Shown here: piece by piece, positions 24,123 to 36,519 of the stretch
Numbering within the stretch: the stretch's first letter is position 1
Layout of the letters: each line of letters opens with the position of its first letter
From: Carpediemonas membranifera BICM
Taxonomy: Eukaryota; Protista; Fornicata
DNA length: 64,000 bases
Assembly: GCA_019828565.1 (NCBI GenBank)
Contig: JAHDYR010000034.1
Span: 62,001-126,000 of the forward strand
Direction of reading: 5' to 3'
Notes under the pieces: model-generated
What the model was told of the DNA's origin: nothing
Seen by the model: only the letters and a program-made list of their open reading frames with translations
Database searches by the model: none
Program-made: the position numbers and the translations under genes

Positions 24123-26476
24123 ATGAAACGTAGCGACATTATTAGTAATACAAAACACCACAGGCGAGCTAGCAACGGATATACATCCATTGACGACGCC
24201 AACAGGTTAATGGACACCCAAACAGACGGTCCCCTCCTCAGCAGTGACAGAAGACGGCCCCGGGCGTTCAGTGAAGACTACACAACGATTGACGCGGCCA
24301 ATGAGAGTTTCTCGGACGTGCCGCTGCTGAGTAATAACGAGTCGATCAACCGTCTGCCCGAGGAGGAGATCCGCCTCGACATGGCCGACCCGATGCTCAG
24401 CCTCGTCGATCCGCCCCCGCCCCCGCCCAAAGTGGTGGAGAAGCGGGCGTGGATCGGGCTACGGGCGTTCCAGCTGGCCCTCCTGTCGGTGCCATACATC
24501 TCCATGACATTTATGACGCTCCCAATCATCCTTTCGTTCGGGGCGGACGTCGTCATGCTCCCCATATACACGGCGCTGAACACGCTGTCCTGGGTGAACC
24601 CGCTGACCCACACCGGGATCGTGTCGTACTCGGAACAAGTCCGCAGCGAAGTCTACTCCTACTTCATGCTGTACAACTGCTACATGTTCGTCCTGCACCT
24701 ACACACTCACACAGCGCCATCAGCATCACCATGAACCTCGTGTATACGGTCATCAGTTTCCTGCCATTCTTCTTCAGGATGTACGCAAAGATATCGCGCA
24801 TCACGTCCTTCTCGGAGGGCCTCAAGAGCCACTGGGCGCGCCTGTTCCTGGGCTACGTGCTCCTAACGCTGTGCTCGTTCTTGCTGTCGATCGTGCTGCT
24901 CCACTCCCTGACGTGGGTTAGCATTGCCATCTTCACCTTCGTCATCCCCGCCTGGATCGTCAGCGCCGTCCTGGTCATCGTCGACATGGGCTTCGTCTAC
25001 TACAACATCTGGGCCCTCACCCGCTGGGTCGACCGGGTCAACCTGGGCCGCCTCGACGTCAGGCTCGTCCGGGTTCTGCTGCGTCTGGCCGCCACGCCGC
25101 TGTTCTGCGTGACGTTCAGCATCTTCGAGTACACGGGTGCGATGAAGGCCCGCGCGGCACGGCAGAGCAAGTCCGAGCAGCGTCCCGCCCGCCGGCTGCG
25201 GTCCGTGTCCGTGGCATACCTGCGGCTGATCTACCGTCTATTCCACCTCGGGTCGTTCGTCATGACACAGCTTATCTGTCTGACGTCCGGCCTCACGATC
25301 AAGCGCAATTACGTCGTCCCCTTCTGTCTGACGTTCGCCTTCTACCCGCTGGTGTTCTTCAACTCGGTGCCCAGCGCCCTCATTGTCCGCAACCCCCTCA
25401 AGATCAAGCTGCGCGACAGTGCCATCGACGTGCTCGTCTTTGCACTGCGCCTCTTCCTCGGGCTGCTGCTCGTCTCGCCGCTGCTCCTGGCCCTTCCCGT
25501 CGTCTTCTCGTCCCTCAGCGAGAACCACTCGACGCCAACAAACACCACGGCCACCGTCCCCGAGCTTGGGCCCATGGTCAGTCTCGACAGCATCGCAGGG
25601 GCGGCTTCCAGTGACTACACGATCTCCGCGAGGCACTACTCGGTATGCTCCCAGATGTGGGGGGCCCTCAACGTCGTAGACCTCGCCCTGCTCTCCGAGT
25701 ACGTCTACGGCGACGAGGAGTGGACGGCGGACGAGCGTGCGACCTTCTTCAGCCGCTACCTGCCCCACCTCGGTCCCGTAAGCATGGCTCGGGGCGACTC
25801 GGCCGACCGCGTCAAGTGGGTCAATGTCTTCATCAAGAAGCAGAATCTCGCCGTCTTCTCTGTTCGGGGCACGGCTAACCTGCTCGACGCGCTCGAGGAC
25901 GTCTCGCTGTGGCATGAGGGCGCGATCCTTAAGATATTCCTGGCCGACATCATGCCGTCGGAGTTCGTGTCGCTGCTGATCAAGCTGACCGCGGTGCCCA
26001 AGTCTTTCCAGTCGCTGTACCACTGGGATCTCAATTACCAGCAGCCCGTCGTCGACGCCCTCAAGGACGGCGGGCGGGAGGGGCGTAGTCGCACCATCGT
26101 CACAGGCCACTCCCTCGGCGGGGGCATCGGTAAGATCGCCGCCGTCGCCACTAGCCACCGGGCTGTGACGTTCGCGTCGCCCGGCCTTCAGTGGTCCCGC
26201 CGCAAGTTCGGGTTGAACTGGGACAGCCTGACGAGCGACGTGCTGACCGTCCGGCCCCGCGGCGACATCGTGTCCGCCATCGACAAGCAGGGCGGCAACG
26301 TGCAGTTTGTGCGGTGCTCGAAATACGACTCTGTTCTCAGCCCGCTCAAGTGCCACAGCGTTGCCCGCACGGCGTGCACCCTCGCGATGGACTGCGAGTT
26401 CCCCGCAGAGGGATACAAGGCCTTCTGTGTCGACAACGGCTTCTGGACCGAGGATGGCAAGGAGACCAACAAGTGA
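24123..26476 (+). CDS. Multi-TM protein with C-terminal class-3 lipase domain; intron 24686-24714
   Basis: Several TM helices; VFSVRGT, VTGHSLGGG, TFASPG, DIVSAID, CH; 29-nt intron GTTCGT...CTCACACAG joins ORFs 24123 and 24449. Confidence 0.85.
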
Positions 26477-27094
26477 ACATATACATTAATCATTCAGTGT
26501 TTTATAAAGCCTGTTCCCAGAAGTAGCCATGCATCACTGTAACAACAGGCAGCCTCGCGCCTAAGATGAGGAAATCGGTCGACCACTCATAAAGCATTCG
26601 AGACACCGGTAACACTGCCATGCCGAGACTATGTTCGGTGGCTCAATGAGTACTCTGCGAGTGCGCGTAAATGCGCCGACAAGACTCCGGCGCGGGGAGC
26701 GCGGACGCGTTATTCGGTCGCTCGACTTTGGCGCGGATTTCGCCAAGTCGGAACAGAAGCTTGAAACCGCGAGTTTTCTTCGTGCGACCGCGCCAGCACG
26801 GCCCGGACTCGAGCCGGGCGATCATTTGGCGCACGTTCGAGAGCAAGCCACCAATAAACGTTGAGAGGTACCGAATTCTGGAAATGCCAGTCAAGCAGGG
26901 GACCACATTGGTCTTCCAGTGCCACCTAGGCGTGGCGAGTTGATTGGATTTGATATGGTCAGGGTGATTCGGAATTTAGATCTCAGACAAATCAGGACTA
27001 TTGCAGAGTAGAGAGAATGAGTGATCCGCAGGCAGATGCAGCCATTACCTTACATGGAACCGAAGTTGAAAGCGCCGGAAGAACCCGGTTCAGC

Positions 27095-27815
27095 CCCTCA
27101 GGCTGTTAAGAAGAAAGAAAGAAAGAAATTTATGGTGCTTGGATTCTGACCCCGGACTGAGCTTGTTTCCCGTTGTCTTGGAGCTGAGTGCCCCGGGGTA
27201 CTGCCTATTTCCCGTGGCAAACTGGTCAGCAGCGTTTGCCTTGGGCTTTCGGTGCTACTGTCTCCGCGGAAAGCCGATTCCAATCGCCCCAGAGGCCCTG
27301 CGGCCATCTCCGTGCAAATATGCTTTCCTGTCTCCCTGAAAGTCCGGCAACTATCCGGGGAGCCTGGGGGTCTGTCCTCGGGGCATTGACAGGCAGGATC
27401 GTCCTGCAGAACCTTGACTATGACACTCCTTGCTTCCCTGCAGTCCTTGTAGAGCCGTTCAGCCACGGCACCCTCTCGTCTGTCCGGTTCCCCAATTCCA
27501 TGCCCCCTCGACTCTGTTAAGAAGCCTACCCGAAGGCGGGGAAAGTGACTAAGTCCATGCTGTCTACCCCGGTTAGGTGGCGTGGGTCAGGGCATGGGTG
27601 GTGTACCCCCAGGCACTGGTGACCCAGTTAAGGGCAAAACGATTGACGAGTGTATGATTTACAATGAATGGTACGTAGACCATAAATATATGAGTAGCCC
27701 CGTGACACTGGGCTTGGTTGTCCTGTTACCCCTTACAACATTTCGCTTGCACTACATGTCCTTGGTTTCCCATGTCGTTAACAAGGGCGGCAGGGGCACC
27801 CTCAGGCTGTTAAGA
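27095..27815 (+). repeat. Direct repeats CCCTCAGGCTGTTAAGA (27095-27111, 27799-27815; partial copy near 27513); probable retroelement terminal remnant
   Basis: Exact 17-bp repeat, followed by an AATAAA...TTACCCCCCCTTTGG motif resembling the DIRS-like 3' ends at ~9680 and ~47115. Confidence 0.5.
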
Positions 27816-27979
27816 TGAACCGAAATAAACATCTTACCCCCCCTTTGGATTAAGAACACATGTTAGTTGGCCAAGAAATATGGCTAGATGGATTCCTGTC
27901 ACAGGACCATCACTGGCACCTGCGCGCGCCGATCAATGTGCACTTTATGTCACACTTCGAAACGCATCGGCAGGTGTCT

Positions 27980-28176
27980 GCTTCGTGCTCGAAGTTAAGT
28001 GGCGCTAGGGAGCGCAGCTGGCAGGTTCCGGCGTGGGTCGGAAGCAACCGACCAGATTTTATTTAGGCTATGTATCCGTCCAAATTCGACACAATGATGT
28101 CGAGACGTCAGTGCTCATGAACGAGGCCGTGGCCGCGCGAGTCTACCACGCTCGGCGGACAACAACTCAGGCGGCG
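27980..28176 (+). repeat. 197-bp dispersed repeat, copy 2
   Basis: Near-identical to 9753-9949. Confidence 0.9.
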
Positions 28177-28868
28177 CAAGCCGTCGATATTTGCGGACGT
28201 GAGAATTTCACGGACAGTAAATATCCTTCCCCCATTGGTTTACACAGCGATGAGCTAGTGCGGATGTGTCAGACATCCGGGGTAGCCACCCGAGGTAAAT
28301 ACTCGCCCTGTGGTCTGAGCTCAAAGTCAAGTGCAGTTTATGTAAACGTTCATTGCCAACAGTAATTACTGAAGCTTAGAGCAATATGGGACGAAACGAG
28401 AACTCAGAAAAGAAGCCGATTCTTACGGAGTTTAGCTTTGAGGCTTTACAATCATGGATAAGAGATTTGGAGGCTTACAAGTTGGGAGGCGGAAGCGGAT
28501 GGGCATTCAAGCTGGTTACGCAGGACATTCGCATGCAACTTAGATTGATCTCCACTACTTACACGCCTGAGGACTTCGCAATTCCGCGAGAAGACGCCGA
28601 CGGCGTTGAACTCACGAAGCGCCAGCGTCGAAAACTGAAGAAGGCGCGGGACAAGAAGTGGGTCGATGCCTTGCTGGGAGCACTTCGCCCTACAGATGAG
28701 ACTACCGTTCGCGCAGCTTTTAAGTCCCTGAAGGCAACTAGCGTTCAACCCCGGGACATCGCCGCGTACATCACCGAGTTTCAGCGTGTGCACGCCATCA
28801 TGGGCGACGCAACCACTAAGACTCTGAACCTTCGAGAGCTCTTCATCCAAGGCATCCCGGCCCCCAGC

Positions 28869-31800
28869 TGTCGTGGATCTTTAGATCCATGCATATATTT
28901 ATTCCTGATCTGATTACGATCTGGTCTTGATTTGTCTTTTATTTTTAAACACTTCGCATTGTTCGTTGTTGTTCTACCCCCGCGCGCCTACAACAGTAAT
29001 ATTACTGATGAACATTGAGCAACTAACGAATTATTTCGCCCCATACCTGTCGTCCACTAAGGCAAAGGGCTGGTACTCCTTCAGAGAAAGCTACTACCTT
29101 TACGCCGTTCGAGCACGCGATCCTGCGCCGATATACGAGTGCGTTGCACGCACTGTGCTTGAGACTTTCGCCCTTGAAAGTGAAGACGTTCGACGCTTGA
29201 TGCGTTACGTAGCCCTCCGACGCCAACGCCCTCAGGCCCAGCCTCGAGATCCACTTCTCTTTCTTCCGCCTCCGGCAGAAGAACAAGCTCTCGACGACGA
29301 CAGCTCCAGTGATTCTTCATCCTCCGCCTCTTCCTCTTCCTCCTCCGAAGCTCCTGACCACGTCTCCATCGACTCTATCTTCTCCCACGAGTCCGACATG
29401 AACGATCCGACGATGCTTTACGCTTCAGCCCAGCATCTCAACAAGTTCTTTATTGACGCCGTCAACCGTATCTTCAAGCCCCGTGACAAGCAGAGTGCCC
29501 TCGATCGCTTCAACGATATAAGCTTTTCGAAGGGCCGCGAGCTATACGAGAACATGATGCACTACTGTCTGCTGTACCGCCGTACCCTGCAAAACTGCTG
29601 TGACGTTCGCCCCAAGGAGTCTCATCTGGTAACCAAATTCCTATCGAACATCAGCGACGCCCGTCTGCGCCAAAGGTGCAAGACCGAGGCCGACAAGCGC
29701 AGTCTGCGCAAGACGATGCAGCTCTCCCTCACACAGGCCAAGGGGCAGGAACGCGTTCGGTACGAGACCAAGGCAGAAGCTGAATTAAAAGATCAGCCCT
29801 GCCTTGAGTTGACTGAAGATTACCTGGACGCTATTGATGAAGCCCATTCGTGCACCGATGTGCGTGATCGACCAATCTACCCAATTCACCTTGGGGACCA
29901 CAAGGTCATGGCACTATACGACACTGGAGCCACCGCGAATTTCCTCAGCCTAGCCCTCGCGAAGTCAATCGGTGTCACGCTCAATCCAGAGCGCCATCGT
30001 ATCAGGCTAGCCACCGGACAGATTGTTGTGTGCACCCATATCGCGCAACTCTCAGTCCACTTTCCCTCCGTGACAGGCCACGACCTGACAGCCGATATCA
30101 AGTTTATCATCCTCCCAAACCTTGATTTCGACGCCGTCATTGGCTTCCCCACGTTACGGAACACAGGCCTTTTCGAGATCCCAGAGGTCTCCGACATCTC
30201 CATCCTGGATGACGAGGAGGACATGGAACTGGACGCCATGGCGGAAGAACCCGATGAGCCGCGGATCGAACTATTTAGAGAAGAGATCCAAAGGCTACTG
30301 AAGAAGTACGACGTCACCGGCGACATTTCGTCCCCATCTCTCCTAGATCCCTTCACCATACGCACCAAGGATGCCCAAGTCATCAACCGTTATCCATACA
30401 GATACTCCGACTCCGTGATGAAAGAGATTCATCGTCAAACAGACACCCTAGAGTCTCTACGAGTCCTGGAGCCGTCTGACTCCCCATACAACAACCCTAT
30501 TGTCATGGCTGGCAAACGCAACGGTGAAGCCAGGATGTGTCTGGACTTTCGGGAGCTCAACAAGGTCACCCTGGACCTTATACATCCCCTACCATTGATC
30601 GATGACCTCGTGTCTCATCTCGAGGGCATGCAGTTTTTCGCTGCCTTGGACCTCACAAAAGCATTTCACCAGGTTGAGATTGACCCCCATTCTAGGCCTC
30701 TCACAGCTTTTACAGCTGGAAAGAAAAAGCTGCAATACTGCAGTATGCCCTTTGGGCTGAAAAACGCGCCTATTCACATGCAGCGGGCTCTTGAGAAGGC
30801 TATGGGCGGTGCACTCTACACTAAGTGCTTGGTCTACATCGATGATATAGTAGTTTTCGGCCGATCCAAAGAGGAATACCTCGCAAACCTTCAAGATGTG
30901 CTGTCTCGCCTTTCCAGGCATGGCCTGAAGCTCAATCTAGCGAAGTCTGTGTTCTCCGCCACGGAGATAGACTATCTGGGCTGGCGCATTGACGCACACG
31001 GTAAGCGGGTCTCCTCTGATCGCCTCGACGCCATTAAGGCCCTACGCCCCGCGACATCTCTCACTGGTCTCCGCGCCCTCATTGGTCTAGCTAACTACTT
31101 CCGCGCTCTCCTACCCGACTACGCAACGAGGATGGAACCCCTTATCTCACTCACGAGGGCATCCAAGTTTGACTGGGGACAGGAGCAGGACGCTGCCTTA
31201 ACCTGGATCAAGGACCGCCTCTTGAACGAGGAAGTCCTAGTCCACCCACGTCCCGGAGAGGCACTGCATTTATTTACAGACGCTTCTGACGTCGGGATAG
31301 GCGGTGTGCTGACCAACTCCGAGGGAAAACCCGTCGCATATTTTGCCAAGACTCTCTCGTCGACACAAAGACGATGGAGCACTATCGAGAAAGAGTGCTT
31401 CGCAATATTCCACGGCATTACGAAGCTTAGGCGCTACCTAGCCGGCAGAGTGTTTGAAATCCACACGGACCACCGCAATTTGACTTACATGCACCACAGT
31501 ATCAACGCGAAGGTCATGCGCTGGGCCATGGCACTCTCCGAGTACGACTACAGCATCAGCCACGTCGCTGGGGTCGATAACGGCGCTGCCGACGCTCTCT
31601 CTCGACTATTCACTTTGGACGACGTCCCTGACGAACGTTTCACCACCTTCCAAGCTCACCACAATGGCTCAGTAGGCCATCTTGGCCGTGACGCCACCTG
31701 CCGGAAAATCGCTCAAGCCGGTCTCTCATGGCCCGGCATGAAGTCCGACGTCCGTCGGTTCATTGGCGAATGCCCGGTTTGCCAGCTGGTGCGCTCTAAG

Positions 31801-33447
31801 CGATCCACTATCCCGTCGGAACGCCACTCTCTCATGGGGAGCTATCCCTTTGAAGTGGTCCAGGCTGACTCGATCGGCCCCATGGACGTCCCCGGGTGCC
31901 ACTCTTACGGCCTTGTCGTGGTGGACACCTTCTCCCGTTTGACACAGGCTTATCCCACCACCGATACAACCTCATCCGAGGCTATCCGCGTCCTGTCGTC
32001 TTGGAGACAACACTACGGCACCCCTGCCACTCTGATCACTGATGGAGCCTCGCAGTTCTGTTCTGAGGAGTTCAAGTCCTTCTGCAACCAGTCTAGCATT
32101 ATTCACAAGGTCGGGACACCCTACCACCCAGCTGGGCAAGGATCCGTAGAAAGGCAGAATGAGGAGGTTAAGCGCCACCTGCGCGCATATCTCTTGGAGA
32201 ATGATGGTACGTGGGAGGAGGGTGTGAACCAAATCACATCAATTATCAACAACGCCCCTCTCAGCACGTCTCAGCTATCGCCGAACCAGGTTTTATTCGG
32301 GAAGGAAGTACCGATACCTGCAGGCTCTCTCTCCATGGAGCTCTTCTACTCCACACTCCAGGCTTTGAGGTCCGAACAGCTCAAAATGACCTCCCGGCAA
32401 TCCCCCACAGCAACGCACGCAGCGGAGCACCTCGTGGGTCAGGGCGTGATAGTTCGCAGGAACACTACCGGCCACGTGATCACACGCGGTCCTTGTCGGA
32501 TCATCCGCAAGGCCGAGCGGCCGAATGTGTACATTGTTCGTGACTTCACGCTCAACAAGGACTTCGAAGCTCATGCTGACTCGCTAACTCACTTCAGGGG
32601 CACCTACACCGACAAGGAGCTTGCCGACTGGGCCGCCCGTCACCAAGGTGAGTACCTAGTCCGGTCCATCCTTGCTCACCGGGTCCGAGCTGGACGGCTG
32701 CAACTGTCCGTCGCGTATGAGGGGTACGATGACGCCGACTCCACATGGAACGAGTTCGATAAGTCTATGGATCAGCTCGAGGCGTTCGAAGCGTACCTTG
32801 CCGCTCACCCCAGGCTCAAGAAGAACTTAAGACGGTACAAGTGGTGGCTTAAGCCATCATCATAGCCGCAACATGTCCATACTGCACGTAAATGGACCTC
32901 TGTTTCTTCGTTCTCTACCGCTTTCACCGCCACCATCCGAAAACTAACTAATTTGAACATAACTAAGTAACTGGTGGTGGATACCGCTTCTATACGGCTA
33001 ACTACTTGATATTGATTACTTATATGGCTCGTCGTTGAGATCTTAGGCGGCTACGAGCTCGAACGGAGGGAAGAAAGCGAAAATAGCGAGAACTCGCCAT
33101 TGAGGCCTCGTTGGGCCTTCTAAGGGCCATTTTCTCGCTCTTGTTGGGATCGTGCTCATTCAACTGGCATTACTTCCAGCAATAGGAAAACTCGTTGGAT
33201 GTCGTCATCAATTGATTGCTGACGAGATTTTGATCCTGATTTCCCCTTTAGAGCATCCCGAGGGAGCAACTGGGCTCACCATAGCTCAGTGGCGCCCAAT
33301 TACTGACCATGGGAGGGAAGTGTCGTGGATCTTTAGATCCATGCATATATTTATTCCTGATCTGATTACGATCTGGTCTTGATTTGTCTTTTATTTTTAA
33401 ACACTTCGCATTGTTCGTTGTTGTTCTACCCCCGCGCGCCTACAACA
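28869..33447 (+). mobile_element. Intact Ty3/Gypsy chromovirus B with 127-bp LTRs
   Basis: LTRs TG...CA at 28869-28995 and 33321-33447; PPT GGGAGGGAAG 33311-33320; TSD CCAGC/CCAGT (1 mismatch). Confidence 0.97.
29008..32865 (+). CDS. Gag-Pol polyprotein of element B (PR-RT-RH-IN-chromodomain)
   Basis: LYDTGA, YIDD, FTDASD, H..GHLG...CPVC, DDE core, chromodomain EYLVRSILAHR...YEGYDDADSTW; ATG directly after the palindrome. Confidence 0.95.
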   Translation: MNIEQLTNYFAPYLSSTKAKGWYSFRESYYLYAVRARDPAPIYECVARTVLETFALESEDVRRLMRYVALRRQRPQAQPRDPLLFLPPPAEEQALDDDSSSDSSSSASSSSSSEAPDHVSIDSIFSHESDMNDPTMLYASAQHLNKFFIDAVNRIFKPRDKQSALDRFNDISFSKGRELYENMMHYCLLYRRTLQNCCDVRPKESHLVTKFLSNISDARLRQRCKTEADKRSLRKTMQLSLTQAKGQERVRYETKAEAELKDQPCLELTEDYLDAIDEAHSCTDVRDRPIYPIHLGDHKVMALYDTGATANFLSLALAKSIGVTLNPERHRIRLATGQIVVCTHIAQLSVHFPSVTGHDLTADIKFIILPNLDFDAVIGFPTLRNTGLFEIPEVSDISILDDEEDMELDAMAEEPDEPRIELFREEIQRLLKKYDVTGDISSPSLLDPFTIRTKDAQVINRYPYRYSDSVMKEIHRQTDTLESLRVLEPSDSPYNNPIVMAGKRNGEARMCLDFRELNKVTLDLIHPLPLIDDLVSHLEGMQFFAALDLTKAFHQVEIDPHSRPLTAFTAGKKKLQYCSMPFGLKNAPIHMQRALEKAMGGALYTKCLVYIDDIVVFGRSKEEYLANLQDVLSRLSRHGLKLNLAKSVFSATEIDYLGWRIDAHGKRVSSDRLDAIKALRPATSLTGLRALIGLANYFRALLPDYATRMEPLISLTRASKFDWGQEQDAALTWIKDRLLNEEVLVHPRPGEALHLFTDASDVGIGGVLTNSEGKPVAYFAKTLSSTQRRWSTIEKECFAIFHGITKLRRYLAGRVFEIHTDHRNLTYMHHSINAKVMRWAMALSEYDYSISHVAGVDNGAADALSRLFTLDDVPDERFTTFQAHHNGSVGHLGRDATCRKIAQAGLSWPGMKSDVRRFIGECPVCQLVRSKRSTIPSERHSLMGSYPFEVVQADSIGPMDVPGCHSYGLVVVDTFSRLTQAYPTTDTTSSEAIRVLSSWRQHYGTPATLITDGASQFCSEEFKSFCNQSSIIHKVGTPYHPAGQGSVERQNEEVKRHLRAYLLENDGTWEEGVNQITSIINNAPLSTSQLSPNQVLFGKEVPIPAGSLSMELFYSTLQALRSEQLKMTSRQSPTATHAAEHLVGQGVIVRRNTTGHVITRGPCRIIRKAERPNVYIVRDFTLNKDFEAHADSLTHFRGTYTDKELADWAARHQGEYLVRSILAHRVRAGRLQLSVAYEGYDDADSTWNEFDKSMDQLEAFEAYLAAHPRLKKNLRRYKWWLKPSS

Positions 33448-36400
33448 CCAGTCTCCGCTTCGAGGTCAAGGACAGGACCAAGGAGGACACCCCTCTGGCC
33501 GAGGTTCTCTCACTGGCGAACAAGGTCAGCAGGGATATGGTGCAAGACCTAGAGCGAGTTAAGACTTTCTTGCCCGACATAGGGTACAAGCTGGTCAAGA
33601 CGACGGACGAAGCCAGGACTCGCAAGGCCCCGCCGGTGGACCGCGCGGCCAAGCGTGACAACAGGACACATGAGCACGCGCCCAAGGACATCAAGTGCTT
33701 TAACTGTGGCGGCGGGCACCGGATGAGCGAGTGCCCTAAGCCCATTAGGCATTGCAAGAACTGTGGCATGTTCGGTCACACCGCAACCGAGTGCAGGAAG
33801 CCGAGTAAATCGGCCACGTACATGTCACTGATTACGGATGGCGCCCACGGGCGACCTGAGGTGACGGCCCAGGTCGATAGCTACAGTCTGACTGCGCTGC
33901 TCGATTCTGGAGTAACCGTCAATTTCATCGATGAAGCGAAGACCTCACGACTGGGGGCGACGGTCGACCCGTCGGTACGCTTGAACGTTCGTCTGGGCGA
34001 CGATAGGATTGTCCAAACTCTCGGCTGAGTGCAGCTGACTGTCACGGTTCCCGGAGTCTTGAGCAAGGTCCAGGCCTCGCTCGAGTTCCACGTGCTGCCA
34101 CATTTGCCTCGACCGTTGGTCATCGGTTTCCCGACCATGGCTGAGCTTGGATACCTGCGCCTCCCGACCGTGGACGCTGACGATACCGACGCGGTCGTCA
34201 TGGTGGACGACGATGAGGAGTGGGAATGGCTCACTCATATGGGGATCGTCGACGCTGACATAGGGACTATAGAGATTGAGCTGAAAGATCGCGATTGGAT
34301 CAACAATCAGCAGCCAAGGCGGAGGTCTGCAGCGGCAGAGGACGGCCTGCGAGAAGAGGTCAGGCGACTACTAGAAGAAGGAGTCATCGAAGAGAGCGAC
34401 TCACCCCACAACAACCCAGTGGTGATGGCACACAAGCGGGGTGGAGAGTGGAGGCTGTGCATAGACTTCCGCAAATTGAATAAGAATACGGTGCCGATCA
34501 AGCACACAATGCCTAGAATTAGTGACCTGATCGGCAGCCTCGAGGGCTGCTCGTGGTTCGCGACTCTCGACATGAGGTGGGCCTTCCATCAGGTGGACCT
34601 GGACCCGGCAGCACGCGAGCTGACTGCATTTACGGCAGGAGGCAAGCGCTACCAGTACGCGAGAATGCCGTTCGGGTTAACGAACGCGGCTGCGGTGATG
34701 CAGCGCAACCTTGAGCGACTGCTGGGCGGCCTGGTTAACACGGCATGCCTGGTATATATAGACGACGTGGTCGTCTTCGGCAAAACCGAACAGCAGTACC
34801 GTGAGAACCTTAGACTGGTGCGCGAGAAGCTCGACAGCGCTCGCGTAGTACTCAACGAGAAGAAGTGCGCGTACGACTTACACGAGATTGATTACCTGGG
34901 CTGGCTAGTCTCCGGAGAAGGAAAGCGCATCAGCCCAGACCGCCTAGCGCCCGTCCGGAACCTTCGTGCCCCACGGGGGAAGGAGGACATCCCGACCCTG
35001 ACCGGGTTGACGAACTACTTCCGTGACATGATCCCGCGCTACGCGGAGATGATGGAGCCTATACTTGTCCTCACACGGAAAGACGTTGAGTTTAACTGGA
35101 CACGCGAGTGCGACGAGGCTCTGACGCAGGTGAAGCAGCGACTCACCAGCGACGAGTGCTACTTGGCACACCTTGATCCCGACAAGACGATTCATCTCTT
35201 CACCGACGCATCCAACGTCGGAGTAGGAGGTGTCATGGGCCAGTACGACCAGCAAGGCCGTTTCAGACCCGCTTATTTCTTCAGCAAGACGCTGACCGCG
35301 GTAGAGAGACGTTGGTCGACATATGAACAAGAGGCCTACGGCATCATATACTGCGTGAAGAAGGCTGGAGGACTGTTAGCCGGCGAGCATTTTATCATAC
35401 ATACAGATCACAGGAACCTGTGCTACATCGCTGATGCGGTGAACCCCAAGGTGCTCAGGTGGCGACTCATGCTCAAAGAACACCGCTTCACAGTGGTCCA
35501 CGTTCCTGGAGCAAGCAACGGAGTCGCCGACGCCCTGTCCAGGCTGGTCCCCACCGAGAGCCTGACCGTCCTCGACCATTCAGTGGATGAGTTCGGTCGC
35601 CAGTTCAACATGGTCCACGGCGGGACCAACGGCCACCGGGGAATATATGAGACGACAAAGGCCCTCAGAGAACTGGAGTTTGACACTCACCGGACAGTGG
35701 GTCACACCCCGTTCGAAGTGGTACAGTTGGACACGATCGGACCACTGCCGTTGGTGGATGGGATGCGTCATATAATTGTCGTAGTTGAAACGTTTAGCAA
35801 ACTGGTCAACTTGTTTCCCTCACCGTCCACTGACGCTGCGAGCGCAGCTAGCGCGATACTGGACTGGGCCAGCAGATACGGTCGCCCAAGAATGATTCAG
35901 ACCGACAACGCGACACAGTTCAGAAACGCAGTCATCGCAGAACTGACGAGTCAGCTGAGCATTGGCCAGAGGTTCTCGACACCATATCATCCTGCTGGAA
36001 ACGGAATAGTCGAGAGAGTTAACGGTGAGATTATGAGGCACATCCGAGCGCTGATGGCCGACTGCGGACCGAACACGACATGGCTGAGTACCGTGCGGGA
36101 CGTACAGTACATCGTCAATTCAGCGGCGTTTTCGCGGTCAGGACTAACCCCGTTCGACGTTCTATTCCCACGGAGCGACAGGGCGGATGAACCTACCCCT
36201 GGCGGCCTCATCTCGTTCAGGAGAGCCGTGGAGGTGAGCAGAGCAATACAAGAAGAGGCGCTCGCCCGCACGGAGGGGAAGGGAGACATCGAGGACGACC
36301 TCGAGCCGGGTAGCTACGTGCTCCTGGAACGGGTGGAGCGGGTCGCTAAGCTTCAGGACAAGCTTCGCGGGCCCATGCTGCTTGTAGAGCGCGCCGAGCA

Positions 36401-36519
36401 CCCCAACACGTACGTGGTACGAGATGTGAACACCCAGAAGGAAATGGTCGTGCACGCAGAACGCCTCAGAAAGTTCGTGACGACTGCCCCTCTGGCCGAG
36501 ATCGAGGCCATGGCCGGCG

